DNA from: Gemmatimonadaceae bacterium
GTDB taxonomy: Bacteria > Gemmatimonadota > Gemmatimonadetes > Gemmatimonadales > Gemmatimonadaceae
Assembly: GCA_051859245.1 (NCBI GenBank)
Contig: JBHYGA010000001.1
Location: forward strand, 160,001 to 224,000
Length of the DNA stretch: 64,000 nt
Direction of reading: 5' to 3'
The position numbers and the translations under genes are program-made. Numbering within the stretch: the first letter of the stretch is position 1; the number at the start of each line of letters is the position of its first letter. The notes under the pieces are model-generated. The model was given only the letters and a program-made list of their open reading frames with translations. It did not search any database and was not told the origin of the DNA. This document shows positions 1 through 10,086 of this stretch, piece by piece.

Positions 1-2077
1 CCCGCTCGAGCGCGTGAACGCCTTCCGCACCGGAAGTGAGCGCAACTTTGGCTGGACCGGTCGTGGTGGTGGTTCGAACTACGGCTACTTCCTGAGTGCC
101 ACGTCGGACAAGACGCTCGGCACGCTGCCGAACAATTCGTTTGAGCGTAACGGCTTCCGTACGAACGTGAATCTTGTGCCGGACGCACGCTTCAAGGTTG
201 ACATCGGCTTGAACCTGCTGCAGTCGAACACCATCCTGCCCGACAACGACAACAATATTTACGGCTGGCTCGGTGGCGCGCTGCTCGGAACTCCGACCAC
301 GCGTAACGACTCGGGCAATCCGAGCAACGACGGCTTCTTTGGTTTTGCGCGCCAGTACGATGCGATCAACGCAATTCAGAGTGGCATTGAGTCGCGCCGC
401 ACACAGGCGAACGTGACCGCTACGTATCAGCCGACGAACTGGTTCACCAATCGCGTAACGCTGGGCGCCGATCTCTCGCGTGACGAAGTGACGAAGTACT
501 ACCCGCTTAACTCCGTGGGGCAGTACGCTGGTAACTTGAATACGGGTGACAACACGCAGGACCGCATTGGTGTCGATCGTTTCACTATCGACTACCTCGG
601 CAACATGCGCACCACGCTCGGCGATGAAGATCAGTGGGGCGTAAATCTGTCCGGTGGCTTGCAGTCGATCCTTTCGCGCACAGACGTGACGTTCGCCAAC
701 GGCTTCGGCTTTACCACGAACGCTGCGAACAGCGTGAGCAACGCCTCGACGCGAACGGGCGGACAGACGTTCAATGAGCAGAAGGCGCTCGGCTTTCTCG
801 GCGAACTGCAGCTGAGCAGCCGTGACCGTCGTTTCCTCCAGATCGGCGCACGCGTTGACCAGAATTCCTCCTTCGGTGAAGGCACACCAGCTTTCTTCCT
901 GCCGAAGATCGGCGCGTCGTGGGTAGTGTCCGAAGAACGTTTCTTTGATCCGCTCAGCTCGATCTTCACGCAGCTCCGTCTGCGCGCTGCCTGGGGTACA
1001 ACAGGCCGCTCGCCGAACCCGGGTGCTTCGCTGACCACGTTCTCTGCGGCGCCGTTTGCAATCACCGGTTCCGCGCAGTCCGGCGCCATTCCAAACAACC
1101 CCGGTAACGATTCACTCAAGGCCGAGCGTGGCGAGGAGTTCGAAGTCGGCTTTGATGCGAGCACCTGGAACGATCGCATCAACCTTGAGTTCACGTACTT
1201 CAACAAGACTACAAAGGACCTGCTCCTCCAGACGCCGCTGCCGCCGTCACTCGGATTCCTGAGTGATCCGTTCGCCAACATTGGTGAAGTGAACAACAGC
1301 GGACTTGAACTGACGCTGACTGCCAACTTGCTGCGCACCGAAAATCTTGACTGGGAGCTTCGCGTTGGCGGTAACACGCTCGACAACAAACTGGTCAGCC
1401 TCGGCGGCGTGAATCCGTTCAATACGCTGAATCGTTTCCAGGAAGGCTACCAGCTTGGCTCGTTCGTGACCAAGACGATTCGCTCGATCAACGAAGAGAC
1501 GGGTGTCGTGGTGGTGTCGGACACGCTCGAGTATTACGACAACATTCTTCCCACGCTCGAGTGGAACATCTCGAACACGATCACTGTGTTCAAGAACTTC
1601 CGTCTTTCGGCGCTGCTTGACGCGAAGAGCGGTTTCAGTATCTACAACAACACGGACTTTTTCCGCGAAACGCAGCTTGTGCGCAGCGACAACCGTCTTG
1701 ATGTGAACAAACTGAGCCGCCGCGAGCGTCTTCGTCGCTACGGTAACGACACGCCGGGCCGTCCCGCATTCGTGCAGGAAAACGGCGCACCGACCACGGT
1801 GAATGAAGTACGTGAGGCGTACATCCAGAAGGGTGACTTTGTACGTCTTCGCGAAGTGTCGCTCACGTACAGCTTGCCGCGCAGCCTGACCTCGCGCCTG
1901 GGCATTCTCAACGGTGGCACGTTCACGCTTGCGGGTCAGAACCTTGCGCTGTGGACGGACTACGAAGGCGCCGATCCAGAAGTCATTTCGGCCGCCACTG
2001 GCAACTTCAGCCGCACGGACTTCCTGACGCTGCCCAACCCGCGCCGCATCGTGTTCAAGACCAACTTCACTTTCTGA
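1..2077 (+). CDS. SusC/RagA-family TonB-dependent outer membrane receptor (5' end outside window)
   Basis: Beta-barrel-like sequence with SusC-type motifs (LRLRAAWGTTG, NDSLKAERGEEFEVG, YIQKGDFVRLREVSLTY, QNLALWTDYEGADPE). Ends in C-terminal Phe (KTNFTF). Followed by a SusD-like lipoprotein. Confidence 0.9.
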   Translation, partial: PLERVNAFRTGSERNFGWTGRGGGSNYGYFLSATSDKTLGTLPNNSFERNGFRTNVNLVPDARFKVDIGLNLLQSNTILPDNDNNIYGWLGGALLGTPTTRNDSGNPSNDGFFGFARQYDAINAIQSGIESRRTQANVTATYQPTNWFTNRVTLGADLSRDEVTKYYPLNSVGQYAGNLNTGDNTQDRIGVDRFTIDYLGNMRTTLGDEDQWGVNLSGGLQSILSRTDVTFANGFGFTTNAANSVSNASTRTGGQTFNEQKALGFLGELQLSSRDRRFLQIGARVDQNSSFGEGTPAFFLPKIGASWVVSEERFFDPLSSIFTQLRLRAAWGTTGRSPNPGASLTTFSAAPFAITGSAQSGAIPNNPGNDSLKAERGEEFEVGFDASTWNDRINLEFTYFNKTTKDLLLQTPLPPSLGFLSDPFANIGEVNNSGLELTLTANLLRTENLDWELRVGGNTLDNKLVSLGGVNPFNTLNRFQEGYQLGSFVTKTIRSINEETGVVVVSDTLEYYDNILPTLEWNISNTITVFKNFRLSALLDAKSGFSIYNNTDFFRETQLVRSDNRLDVNKLSRRERLRRYGNDTPGRPAFVQENGAPTTVNEVREAYIQKGDFVRLREVSLTYSLPRSLTSRLGILNGGTFTLAGQNLALWTDYEGADPEVISAATGNFSRTDFLTLPNPRRIVFKTNFTF

Positions 2078-2088
2078 GCGAATACTCT

Positions 2089-3339
2089 ATGAACAACATT
2101 CAGCGAACCGCGCGTGCAGGTGCGGTCGCAGCGCTGCTCGGATTGAGCCTGGGCGCTTGCGATGAGTTCCTCACCGTCAAAAATCCAAACATCATCAACG
2201 CGTCCGCGATCAACCCGGTCCAGGACGCGCCCACTCTCGCGGCGTCGGCACAGCAGAACTTCGCCGCGACGCTCGGCTGGTTTGCGATGTACCAGTCGTG
2301 GTTTGTGGGTGAAACGCTGGTGGCCGAGACCTTCCCCACGCGTAACGAGTTCGGTCAGCGTACCGTGCTCAACACCAACGGTTCACACGCTGGTGAGCTG
2401 TGGGGCAACATCTCCGTCTCGCTCGCGTCGTCCGCGCTGGTGCTCGATCTGGAGCTTCCAGAACCGACGACGAACATCAACTACGCGCGCGCCGCAACTT
2501 TTAATGGCTACAGCTTTTTGTTGATGGCCGAAAGCTTCTGTCAGGGCGTATCTCGTGGTGGACCGGCGTTGAGTACGGCGCAGATGCTCGACTCGGCGGT
2601 TGCGAAGTTCACGCAAGCCATTTCTGTTGGGACGGCTAATGGATCCACGGCCGGTGTGCAGCTCGCTAACATTGCGAAGGTTGGCTTGGCGCGCGCTCAG
2701 CTGCAGGCGGGTCGCGGTGCACAGGCCATAGCGGCGGCGCAGTCCGTCCCGGCTGGCTTCACCTTCAACCTCACGTACCTCGACGATCCGGCGCAGCGTA
2801 ACCGTCTCGGCAACCGTTTGTGGCAGTTCACGCTCGACCGCGGATCGATCACGGTTGCGCCGGCCTTCCGCATCGATGGTGACCCGCGCATTCGCTACAA
2901 GTCGCCAGCGCAGCACAATCTGACGCCGCAGGATCCGTCCAGCGGACCGTTCTTCATTCAGGACAAGTACCCGGCCTTCAACAGCCCGATTCGTCTCGCG
3001 TCAAAGCTCGAAGCGGACTACATCGAAGCGGAAGCCACCGGCACCGCAGCACAGCTCACGCTGATCGCGGCCCGTCGGGCGGCCAACAATCAGCCCGCGT
3101 ACACCGGTGCCACCACGCCGGCAGCGGTGCTCACTGAGCTGATGGAACAGAAGGGTCGTGACTTCTACCTCGAAGCCAAGCGTATGGGTGACTTCCGCCG
3201 CAATCCGGCGGCCGTGCTCAACGTGCCGGTTCCGGGCGCTCCGTACTTCAAGGCAGGCTTCTCGCCGATCGGCAATCAGACTTGCTGGCCGTTGCCGCTC
3301 ACGGAGACGGACAACAACACGAACTTCCCGCGGAGCTGA
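2089..3339 (+). CDS. RagB/SusD-family nutrient-binding lipoprotein
   Basis: ATG at 2089, 11 nt after the SusC stop. Lipobox LSLGA-C. C-terminal E..R.FYLE.KR.GD.RR and WPLP.TE.DNN motifs typical of SusD/RagB. Confidence 0.85.
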   Translation: MNNIQRTARAGAVAALLGLSLGACDEFLTVKNPNIINASAINPVQDAPTLAASAQQNFAATLGWFAMYQSWFVGETLVAETFPTRNEFGQRTVLNTNGSHAGELWGNISVSLASSALVLDLELPEPTTNINYARAATFNGYSFLLMAESFCQGVSRGGPALSTAQMLDSAVAKFTQAISVGTANGSTAGVQLANIAKVGLARAQLQAGRGAQAIAAAQSVPAGFTFNLTYLDDPAQRNRLGNRLWQFTLDRGSITVAPAFRIDGDPRIRYKSPAQHNLTPQDPSSGPFFIQDKYPAFNSPIRLASKLEADYIEAEATGTAAQLTLIAARRAANNQPAYTGATTPAAVLTELMEQKGRDFYLEAKRMGDFRRNPAAVLNVPVPGAPYFKAGFSPIGNQTCWPLPLTETDNNTNFPRS

Positions 3340-3385
3340 TCCGGCGACACCCTCGTGCAACGAGCAACGCTCATCGCACGAAAAC

Positions 3386-3423
3386 ACAACGGGCCGGTCA
3401 GAGAAATCTGGCCGGCCCGTTGT
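3386..3423. terminator. Probable bidirectional intrinsic terminator
   Basis: ACAACGGGCCGGTCAGA-GAAA-TCTGGCCGGCCCGTTGT, a 17-bp stem with one G-U pair, between convergent genes. TTGTTG follows on + and AAAAC precedes. Confidence 0.75.
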
Positions 3424-3489
3424 TGTTGTGGTTCGTTGTGTGATCGCGCGACCGTCACGCCGTTGAGTCTGCGGCGTCCATCGACACTG

Positions 3490-5175
3490 CTACTTTTCTT
3501 TCGTAGCCACACTCCTCGCACCGCCGAGCAACAACCCCACCGCAACCACCGTGAGCGCACCAATTACGTTGTGCCACAGAAAGCTGATCGACGGCGCACC
3601 GAACGACACAGCCGCCACCGTGGCCATGCCCGTGATCAGTCCCACAAACGCGCCGAGCGCCCTCGCACGCGGGATCATGGCCAGCAAGAACACACCGAGA
3701 ATTGAGCCATAAAAGAATGATCCGAAGCGGTTCACCACTTCGATCAACGAACCGAGTGTGGCCGCATACGTGGCCACAAAACAGGCAAACAGTCCCCAGA
3801 TGGCCGTGGAGATCTTTGAGACTTTCAAATAGTGCGCGTCGCTGCCCACGGGTTTGAACCACCGTTGATAAAAATCCACCACGGTGGCGGTAGACAACGA
3901 ATTCAGCTCAGCGGCAATGCTCGACATCGCCGCCGCGAGTACAGCCGCGAGGAAGACGCCTGCAAGGCCCACCGGCAGATGATCAAGCACGAACCGTGGA
4001 ATGATGTAGTTCACGTCGCGCGAGGGCTGACCGGTCACGCTGGCGGCCTTCTCGAGCGCCTCGGTGCGCACGGCGCTCACACTCGTCTCGGCGGCCCGCA
4101 CTGCATCCAGCGCAGCAGTCTCGGCCGCACCATCGTTGGCGTCACGCGCGGTGACCACCTGGCGGGCGGCTGCCTCCCGCTCAGCACCGGCGGCTACGTA
4201 GCGCTGCTCGAGGGCCGCGTATTCTGCAGGTGCACTGGCACGCACCTGTGATTCGTGCGCCGGGTTGTACAACAGTGGCGGCGACTGAAACAGATAGAAC
4301 AAATACACCAGCACGCCCACGAGCAGCACGAGCGCTTGCAACGGAATCTTCCAGTACGCGCTCATGAGCAGCGAACTGCGCGCTTCGTCTACGGAACGGG
4401 CCGTGAGATACCGCTGTACCTGACTCTGGTCAGTGCCAAAGTACGACAACATCAGGAACGTGCCGCCGAGCACACCGCTCCAGAACGTGTACGTCTCAGT
4501 GAAGTTGAACGAGAAATCGAAGACCCGCAGTCGCCCTGTCGCGCCCGCCACACGCAGCGCGTCATCCAGTGGCACTGGCATGCGCAGCAGCAGCACCACA
4601 ACAATCGCGGTGAGTGCACCAACAATCACCACCATCTGTTTCACGTCGGCCCAGGTGACGGCCTGCACGCCGCCGAGCACTGTGTAGAGCACCGTGGGCA
4701 CGCCAATCAGCGCTACGGACCACGTGAGATCCCAGCCAAACACGGCGGAAAACACCACGGCCGGTGCGGCGATAATCGTGCCGCACGACATGCCGCGCGA
4801 CATGAGAAACAGGAAGCTTGTGAGCGAACGTGTTTTCGCGTCAAAGCGACGTTCGAGATACTCGTAGGCGGTGTACACCTTGGCGCCATGCAGAAATGGC
4901 ACCAGCGTGACGCCGAGAATCACCATCGCGAGTGGCAGTCCAAAGTAGAACTGCACAAAGCGCAGACCGTCAGTGGCCCCCTGACCGGTGGTACCAATGA
5001 GCGTGACGGCGGAGAGCTGCGTGGCCATGACCGACAATCCCACCGCCCACCAGGGCAGACTGCGATTGGCGAGAAAGTAGCCTTCGATATTGGTGGTGTC
5101 CTTCGTGCGCCGCAGCCCGTCCCACACCACGTAGGTGATGTAGGTGATCAGAATGACCCAGTTAATCCAATGCAT
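3490..5175 (-). CDS. Sodium:solute symporter (SSS) family transporter
   Basis: YFLANRSLPWWAVGLSVMAT, YEYLERRFD, GTDQSQVQRYL and AAAMSS motifs; about 13 hydrophobic segments. Confidence 0.92.
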   Translation of the reverse strand: MHWINWVILITYITYVVWDGLRRTKDTTNIEGYFLANRSLPWWAVGLSVMATQLSAVTLIGTTGQGATDGLRFVQFYFGLPLAMVILGVTLVPFLHGAKVYTAYEYLERRFDAKTRSLTSFLFLMSRGMSCGTIIAAPAVVFSAVFGWDLTWSVALIGVPTVLYTVLGGVQAVTWADVKQMVVIVGALTAIVVVLLLRMPVPLDDALRVAGATGRLRVFDFSFNFTETYTFWSGVLGGTFLMLSYFGTDQSQVQRYLTARSVDEARSSLLMSAYWKIPLQALVLLVGVLVYLFYLFQSPPLLYNPAHESQVRASAPAEYAALEQRYVAAGAEREAAARQVVTARDANDGAAETAALDAVRAAETSVSAVRTEALEKAASVTGQPSRDVNYIIPRFVLDHLPVGLAGVFLAAVLAAAMSSIAAELNSLSTATVVDFYQRWFKPVGSDAHYLKVSKISTAIWGLFACFVATYAATLGSLIEVVNRFGSFFYGSILGVFLLAMIPRARALGAFVGLITGMATVAAVSFGAPSISFLWHNVIGALTVVAVGLLLGGARSVATKEK

Positions 5176-5178
5176 GGG

Positions 5179-5283
5179 CTAGGCGGCGTATCGGGATTGC
5201 AGCGCCCAGAGCAGCAGCAGGGCGATCACTTGCACGGTCATGACCTGGGCCAGCGTGCGTCGAAAGCGGGAGGGTTCAGGCAT
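5179..5283 (-). CDS. 34-aa single-TM small protein upstream of the SSS gene (not in ORF track)
   Basis: Manual translation MPEPSRFRRTLAQVMTVQVIALLLLWALQSRYAA*. Stop is 3 nt before the SSS ATG. A -10-like TAGATT lies 6 nt upstream of its ATG. Confidence 0.7.
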   Translation of the reverse strand: MPEPSRFRRTLAQVMTVQVIALLLLWALQSRYAA

Positions 5284-5339
5284 GGGGAGAATCTACTGCT
5301 GGTCCGCGCTACCCGCCCTCCCACATTTCGACGTGCCCG

Positions 5340-6050
5340 TTAACTCGCCGCCAGCGCGATGGTCGCGGCATCCGCCACGCGCCCGTCGAACAGATGCACT
5401 TCACGATCGGCGTGCTGCGCGTAGCGCGCATCGTGCGTGACCATGCAGATCGTGGCGCCATTCTGATGCAGTTCCTGCAGCAGCCCCATCACGGCTTCGC
5501 CATTTTTGGAATCGAGATTTCCCGTGGGCTCGTCGGCGAGCAGAATGGCTGGATCGCCGGCCACGGCGCGTGCGACCGCGACACGCTGCTGCTGACCACC
5601 GGAGAGCTGCGCCGGAAAATGTTTGGCGCGGTGCGTCATGCCAACCCGCTCCAACGCCGACTGGACACGATCACGCCGCTCACTCGCGGCCATGTCGCGA
5701 TAGGTGAGTGGCAGTTCCACATTTTCGAACACGGTGAGATCACCGATCAGATTAAACGCCTGAAAGATGAAACCGATCTGCTGATTGCGAACGCGCGCGC
5801 GATCCATGGGCGCAAGTCGTGCGACAGGCTGACCATCAATAAAGTACTCGCCAGACGTGGGTGCATCGAGCAAACCAAGAATGGAGAGCAGCGTGGTTTT
5901 ACCGCAGCCCGACGGACCGGAAATCGCGACGTACTCGCCGCGCTGAATCTCGAAGTGTACATCCGCGAGTGCATGTGTTTCGACTTCGTCCGTGTGAAAT
6001 ACTTTGCGGATGCCCTGCATCTGAATGAGCGGTGAGCCTTTGGCGGACAT
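5340..6050 (-). CDS. ABC transporter ATP-binding protein (LolD/MacB type)
   Basis: Walker A GPSGCGKT, signature LSGGQQQRVAVARA, Walker B LLADEPTGNLD, H-loop VTHD. Confidence 0.95.
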   Translation of the reverse strand: MSAKGSPLIQMQGIRKVFHTDEVETHALADVHFEIQRGEYVAISGPSGCGKTTLLSILGLLDAPTSGEYFIDGQPVARLAPMDRARVRNQQIGFIFQAFNLIGDLTVFENVELPLTYRDMAASERRDRVQSALERVGMTHRAKHFPAQLSGGQQQRVAVARAVAGDPAILLADEPTGNLDSKNGEAVMGLLQELHQNGATICMVTHDARYAQHADREVHLFDGRVADAATIALAAS

Positions 6051-6088
6051 GTCGTGAGTTCTCCGAAGTGAAAAGAAACGTGAGGCTA

Positions 6089-7333
6089 TCAGCGAATGCG
6101 AACGCGATCGGCCGTGGCAAACGCCGACATGTCCGAGAGAATGATGCGATCACCGGGCGCGAGGCCGCGGATGATTTCAATCGTGTTGACCGAGTTGCGG
6201 CCGAGTTCAACCGGCACGCGTGTGGCCGCGTCGCCGCTCGGATCGAGTTTGAACAAACTCACCAGTCCCGTGCCGCCCGTCATGGCGGGACGTCCGCTGA
6301 AAATGACGTTCTCAAGTTTTTCAATCTGAATCGTGCCGTCGACACTCAGGTCCGGCACCGCACCGGCCGGCAACGGGCCGTCGAGCGCCACATCAATCGT
6401 GACACTGCCACTGATCGCCGACGGATCCTTGCGCACCACACGTCCCGGTACGATGCCATTGCGTGTGTCAATCATTGCCGGTAATCCGATCGTCACGTCT
6501 TTTGCCTGCGACTCCGGCACGCGCAGCACGGCTTTCAGTTTGCCCGGCTGCACGACCTTGGCAAGCGTGGTGCCTTCGGGTACCCACTGACCGAGTTGCA
6601 AGGTGAGGTCTTGCAACACGCCGGTTTCCGGCGCGGTCACGACAAGCGAGCGCAAACGCGCACGCTGATTCGCGGCGATGGCTTCGAGCTGCACCACCTG
6701 CGAGGCTTGCACCGAAATCTGCGAGTCGATCGCTTGCTTCATGAGATCGAGTCGTTCCTGCTCAATACGGTAGCGCGTGGTGAACTCGTCGGCCGAGGCC
6801 TTCTTGTTGCGCGCTTCAAACCCGGAAATGAGTTTGAGCTTTTCCAGCGAGTCAGCGGCCGCGCCTTCCTGCGTTGCGTTGACCAGCTGCGTACGCATGC
6901 TGGCAACGGTACCCTCCTGCGTGAGCAACTGACTGCGCAGGTTCGTGCGCAGATTGAGCAAATCAATCTGCGCCTGACGCACCTGCTGCTCGGCCTGCAT
7001 GGTCTGAATCTGCAGATCAGGATTGGACAGTTCGAGCAGAATCTGATCGGCCGACACTTCGCGACCGGATTCGGAGTTCAAACGCTCCACGCGGGCAGAC
7101 GCCTGCGCGGTGATCCATCGAATCTGCTCGGGCACGAGTGTACCTGGCCCGCGCACTTCACGCACCACATCGCCGCGACGCACGGAGTCAACAAGCACCG
7201 CCGCGCGCTCCACCGTGGGAGCCGCGGGCTCGAGTTGGCTCAGTAATGCAGTGGTGGCCACGACCAACAGCACAGAACCGCCAATGATGTACGCCTTGCG
7301 ATTGGACTTCTGCGGCGTGCGAACAATATCCAT
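6089..7333 (-). CDS. HlyD/MacA-family periplasmic adaptor (membrane fusion protein)
   Basis: N-terminal TM, long coiled coil, lipoyl-like halves and C-terminal GLAPGDRIILS; lies between permease and ATPase. Confidence 0.88.
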   Translation of the reverse strand: MDIVRTPQKSNRKAYIIGGSVLLVVATTALLSQLEPAAPTVERAAVLVDSVRRGDVVREVRGPGTLVPEQIRWITAQASARVERLNSESGREVSADQILLELSNPDLQIQTMQAEQQVRQAQIDLLNLRTNLRSQLLTQEGTVASMRTQLVNATQEGAAADSLEKLKLISGFEARNKKASADEFTTRYRIEQERLDLMKQAIDSQISVQASQVVQLEAIAANQRARLRSLVVTAPETGVLQDLTLQLGQWVPEGTTLAKVVQPGKLKAVLRVPESQAKDVTIGLPAMIDTRNGIVPGRVVRKDPSAISGSVTIDVALDGPLPAGAVPDLSVDGTIQIEKLENVIFSGRPAMTGGTGLVSLFKLDPSGDAATRVPVELGRNSVNTIEIIRGLAPGDRIILSDMSAFATADRVRIR

Positions 7334-9834
7334 CAGTCGTACCGGAGAGCGTGCATGGGATCAACGGCCGCAGCGCGGCGCGCGGGCAAATAGCCGGCGG
7401 TGAGTGCAATCGCGGCGAGCAGCAGAATCGCCAGTGCAAACACGATCGGATCGTGTCCTTCAAGTCCGTACAGCAGCGACTGCGCCGCGCGGCCCAGTCC
7501 GAGTGCGGCCGCGACACCAACCACGCCGCCAATCACCGTCATCAGACCCACTTGCTTGAGAATCATGCTGCGTACGCGCGACCCGTTGGCGCCAAGCGCC
7601 ATGCGCACGCCGATTTCCCGTGTGCGCTGAGCGACGGTGTAGGCAAGCACACCATAAAGGCCCACGCCGGCGAGCAATGTGGCGAGCAATGCAAACGACG
7701 CCGACAGAATGCTGATCATGCGATCGAGGAAAATATTCTCCTTGATCTGTTGCGGCATGGTCTTGAGCTCACCCACCGGCAACGTGGGGTCGAGTTGTTT
7801 CATCACGGTGGGAATCGCGCTTAGTGACTGCGCCGGCGGCAATGATGAACGCACGTAGAAATACAGATCACCCGTTCGGCGATCCTGACGCCACGGGGTG
7901 AAGAACAGGGGCGGCACGTCGTCTTTGACATCGCTGTACTTCGCGTCTTTCATGAGGCCGACAATGAGGATGTTGAGCGAGTCGCCGCTCTCGCCGCTGC
8001 GCCCCATGTACTTGCCGACCACATCGGTGCCAAGGTTGAACTTCTTGGCGAAGGCTTCGTTCACGATGGCGACGCGCGTGTCGTTCGCGCCATCGCTCGT
8101 GGTGAACTCACGGCCGGCGAGCAGCGTCATGCCGAGCGCCGAGAGATAGCCCGCGCCGACAAGATTCATTCGCGCGTTGGAGTCGATGTCTGGTCCACTC
8201 TCAAAACCCTGGACGCGCACGTCGGTACCCCAGTTGCTGCCCGCGAGCAGCGGCACGGTGGAACTCGCAACTGCCGTCACACCTGGAATCGCGGCCATCT
8301 CTTCTTCAACACGCGTGAGGAAGAGTGCGGAGCGTGTGCTGTCGTAACCATTGCGCGCCGGCGACAACGCGAACGTGACAATGTTCTCAACGTCGGCACC
8401 GATTTCAACGCGGCTCACATTCACCAGGCTCTTGAGGAAGAGACCGGCGCTCACGAGCAGCGCCATTGACAGTGCGACTTGCACCGTCACGAGCGCCGTG
8501 CGAAAGCGTGAGGCCGAACGTCCGCCGGTCATTTGTGAGGCCCCGGCACGAATGGCACTGATCAGATCAGCGCGGGTGCTGTGCAGTGCGGGGAAGAGCC
8601 CGAACAACAAACCGGTGCCGATAGCGACCACCGCGGCAAAGCCGATCACCGACGGCTGCAACTGGAACTGCAGCGTTTCAACCGCGTCTGGCGGCAACAG
8701 CGACGCAATCAGCTTGAGTGTCCAGAACGCCACCAGCAAACTCGCGACGCCGCCGAGCAACGCGAGCACCACGGCTTCCGTGAGCAGCTGCGTCAGCAAG
8801 TGACGACGGTTGGCGCCGAGTGCGAGACGCACGCCCATTTCGGTGGCACGATTCGCACCGCGCGCCAACAACAGGTTCGCGATATTGGCGCAGGCGATCA
8901 GCAACACCACACCCGTGATGCCGAATAGCATGAACAGCGGCGTCCGCGCTTCGCGGTGAATGCTGCTCTGTCCGCGTTGTCCAGGCTCGAGCGTGATTTG
9001 TTTGGCTCGAAAGAGCTGCATCGTGGCGTCGCTCATGCCTTCCTGGAGCGGCGCTTCCACATCGGTAATGATGGGCGAATACACGGTGTTCATGGCCGTA
9101 CGCGCCTGCTCCAGCGTGACACCAGGCTTGAGTCGCGCAAAGAGATACACCCAGTAGCTGCGGCGATTCTCGAAGCCGTTGAATCGCGGTGCGATCTCCT
9201 GACGCATGCTGATCGGTACAAAAATTCCGGGGCGCGATCCCAACGTGGTGCCTTCAAAGCCTTTTGGCGTGACACCAATGATCTCGAACTGCTTGCCGTT
9301 CACGTTGATGTTTTCACCGATGGCTGACGGTGCACCACCAAAACGTTCCTGCCACACGGCATGGCTGATTACTGCAACAAAACTCGCGCCGGGTGCGCCG
9401 TCATCAGCTGGGGTAATCAGGCGGCCCAGCGCCGGTTGTACCTGCAGCACGTTGAAGTACGAGCCCGACACCAGCATGCCGTCGCTGATGAATGGCTCGT
9501 TGCGCACCGCGAGATTGGCGCCGAACGCAAAGTGTCCGGCAACGCCGGTGAACACGGTTTGCACGCGCTCGAGATCGCGCAGCATGGGGTAACTGAACAC
9601 CACATCACAGTCACCGGCCTGATTACATGATGTGCTGCCCGGTTTCGGACCAGGCGCCCCCAAGTTCACGAGCTCCTGCGGCGCGGGAACGGGGAGTGGG
9701 CGCAGCAACATCTGATCGAATAGCGAAAAGATGGCGGCGTTTGCGCCAATACCGAGCGCCAGCGAAGCAATCGCAATCGCGGTGACGAATGGCGTTTTGC
9801 GAAGCGATCGCAACGCCAGTCTGATGTGTCGCAT
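7333..9834 (-). CDS. Duplicated MacB/FtsX-type ABC permease (ADOP-like)
   Basis: Start taken at MRHIRLALRSLRKTP. LALGIGANAAIFS, LLIACANIANLLLAR and QRTREIGVRMALGA motifs; ends in P..ALRYD. Confidence 0.9.
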   Translation of the reverse strand: MRHIRLALRSLRKTPFVTAIAIASLALGIGANAAIFSLFDQMLLRPLPVPAPQELVNLGAPGPKPGSTSCNQAGDCDVVFSYPMLRDLERVQTVFTGVAGHFAFGANLAVRNEPFISDGMLVSGSYFNVLQVQPALGRLITPADDGAPGASFVAVISHAVWQERFGGAPSAIGENINVNGKQFEIIGVTPKGFEGTTLGSRPGIFVPISMRQEIAPRFNGFENRRSYWVYLFARLKPGVTLEQARTAMNTVYSPIITDVEAPLQEGMSDATMQLFRAKQITLEPGQRGQSSIHREARTPLFMLFGITGVVLLIACANIANLLLARGANRATEMGVRLALGANRRHLLTQLLTEAVVLALLGGVASLLVAFWTLKLIASLLPPDAVETLQFQLQPSVIGFAAVVAIGTGLLFGLFPALHSTRADLISAIRAGASQMTGGRSASRFRTALVTVQVALSMALLVSAGLFLKSLVNVSRVEIGADVENIVTFALSPARNGYDSTRSALFLTRVEEEMAAIPGVTAVASSTVPLLAGSNWGTDVRVQGFESGPDIDSNARMNLVGAGYLSALGMTLLAGREFTTSDGANDTRVAIVNEAFAKKFNLGTDVVGKYMGRSGESGDSLNILIVGLMKDAKYSDVKDDVPPLFFTPWRQDRRTGDLYFYVRSSLPPAQSLSAIPTVMKQLDPTLPVGELKTMPQQIKENIFLDRMISILSASFALLATLLAGVGLYGVLAYTVAQRTREIGVRMALGANGSRVRSMILKQVGLMTVIGGVVGVAAALGLGRAAQSLLYGLEGHDPIVFALAILLLAAIALTAGYLPARRAAAVDPMHALRYD

Positions 9835-9932
9835 GACTGGGGAGGGTCGAACGGTGGGTGTTCTCGGGGGCGGACCCTCATGGGACAACCGGAGACCGGC
9901 CGAGGGTTTGAACGCCGTACGATTGAGGACCG

Positions 9933-9958
9933 TACGAGGAGAATCGGGGATCGTTTCG
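9933..9958 (-). promoter_or_regulatory. Putative ECF-sigma promoter for the ABC exporter operon
   Basis: Minus strand CGAAAC-N16-CGTA, about 100 nt upstream of the permease start; matches the AAAC-N16-CGTA ECF architecture. Confidence 0.5.
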
Positions 9959-10086
9959 ACACGGAGACTGGGTCACATGACCTGTGAGCGAACCTGCGCG
10001 GACACATCGGGGTTCAATTATTGTTCGATCAGTGCACGCCACTGCCGGCGTGCACGACCTGACCAACCTCTTGTCTTTCCCCGCCA

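Noticed and set aside
10032..10055. 9-bp hairpin GTGCACGCC/GGCGTGCAC upstream of the DUF2911 gene as a riboswitch
   Set aside because: It is a single short stem with no recognisable aptamer features; at most a 5' stabilising hairpin or operator.
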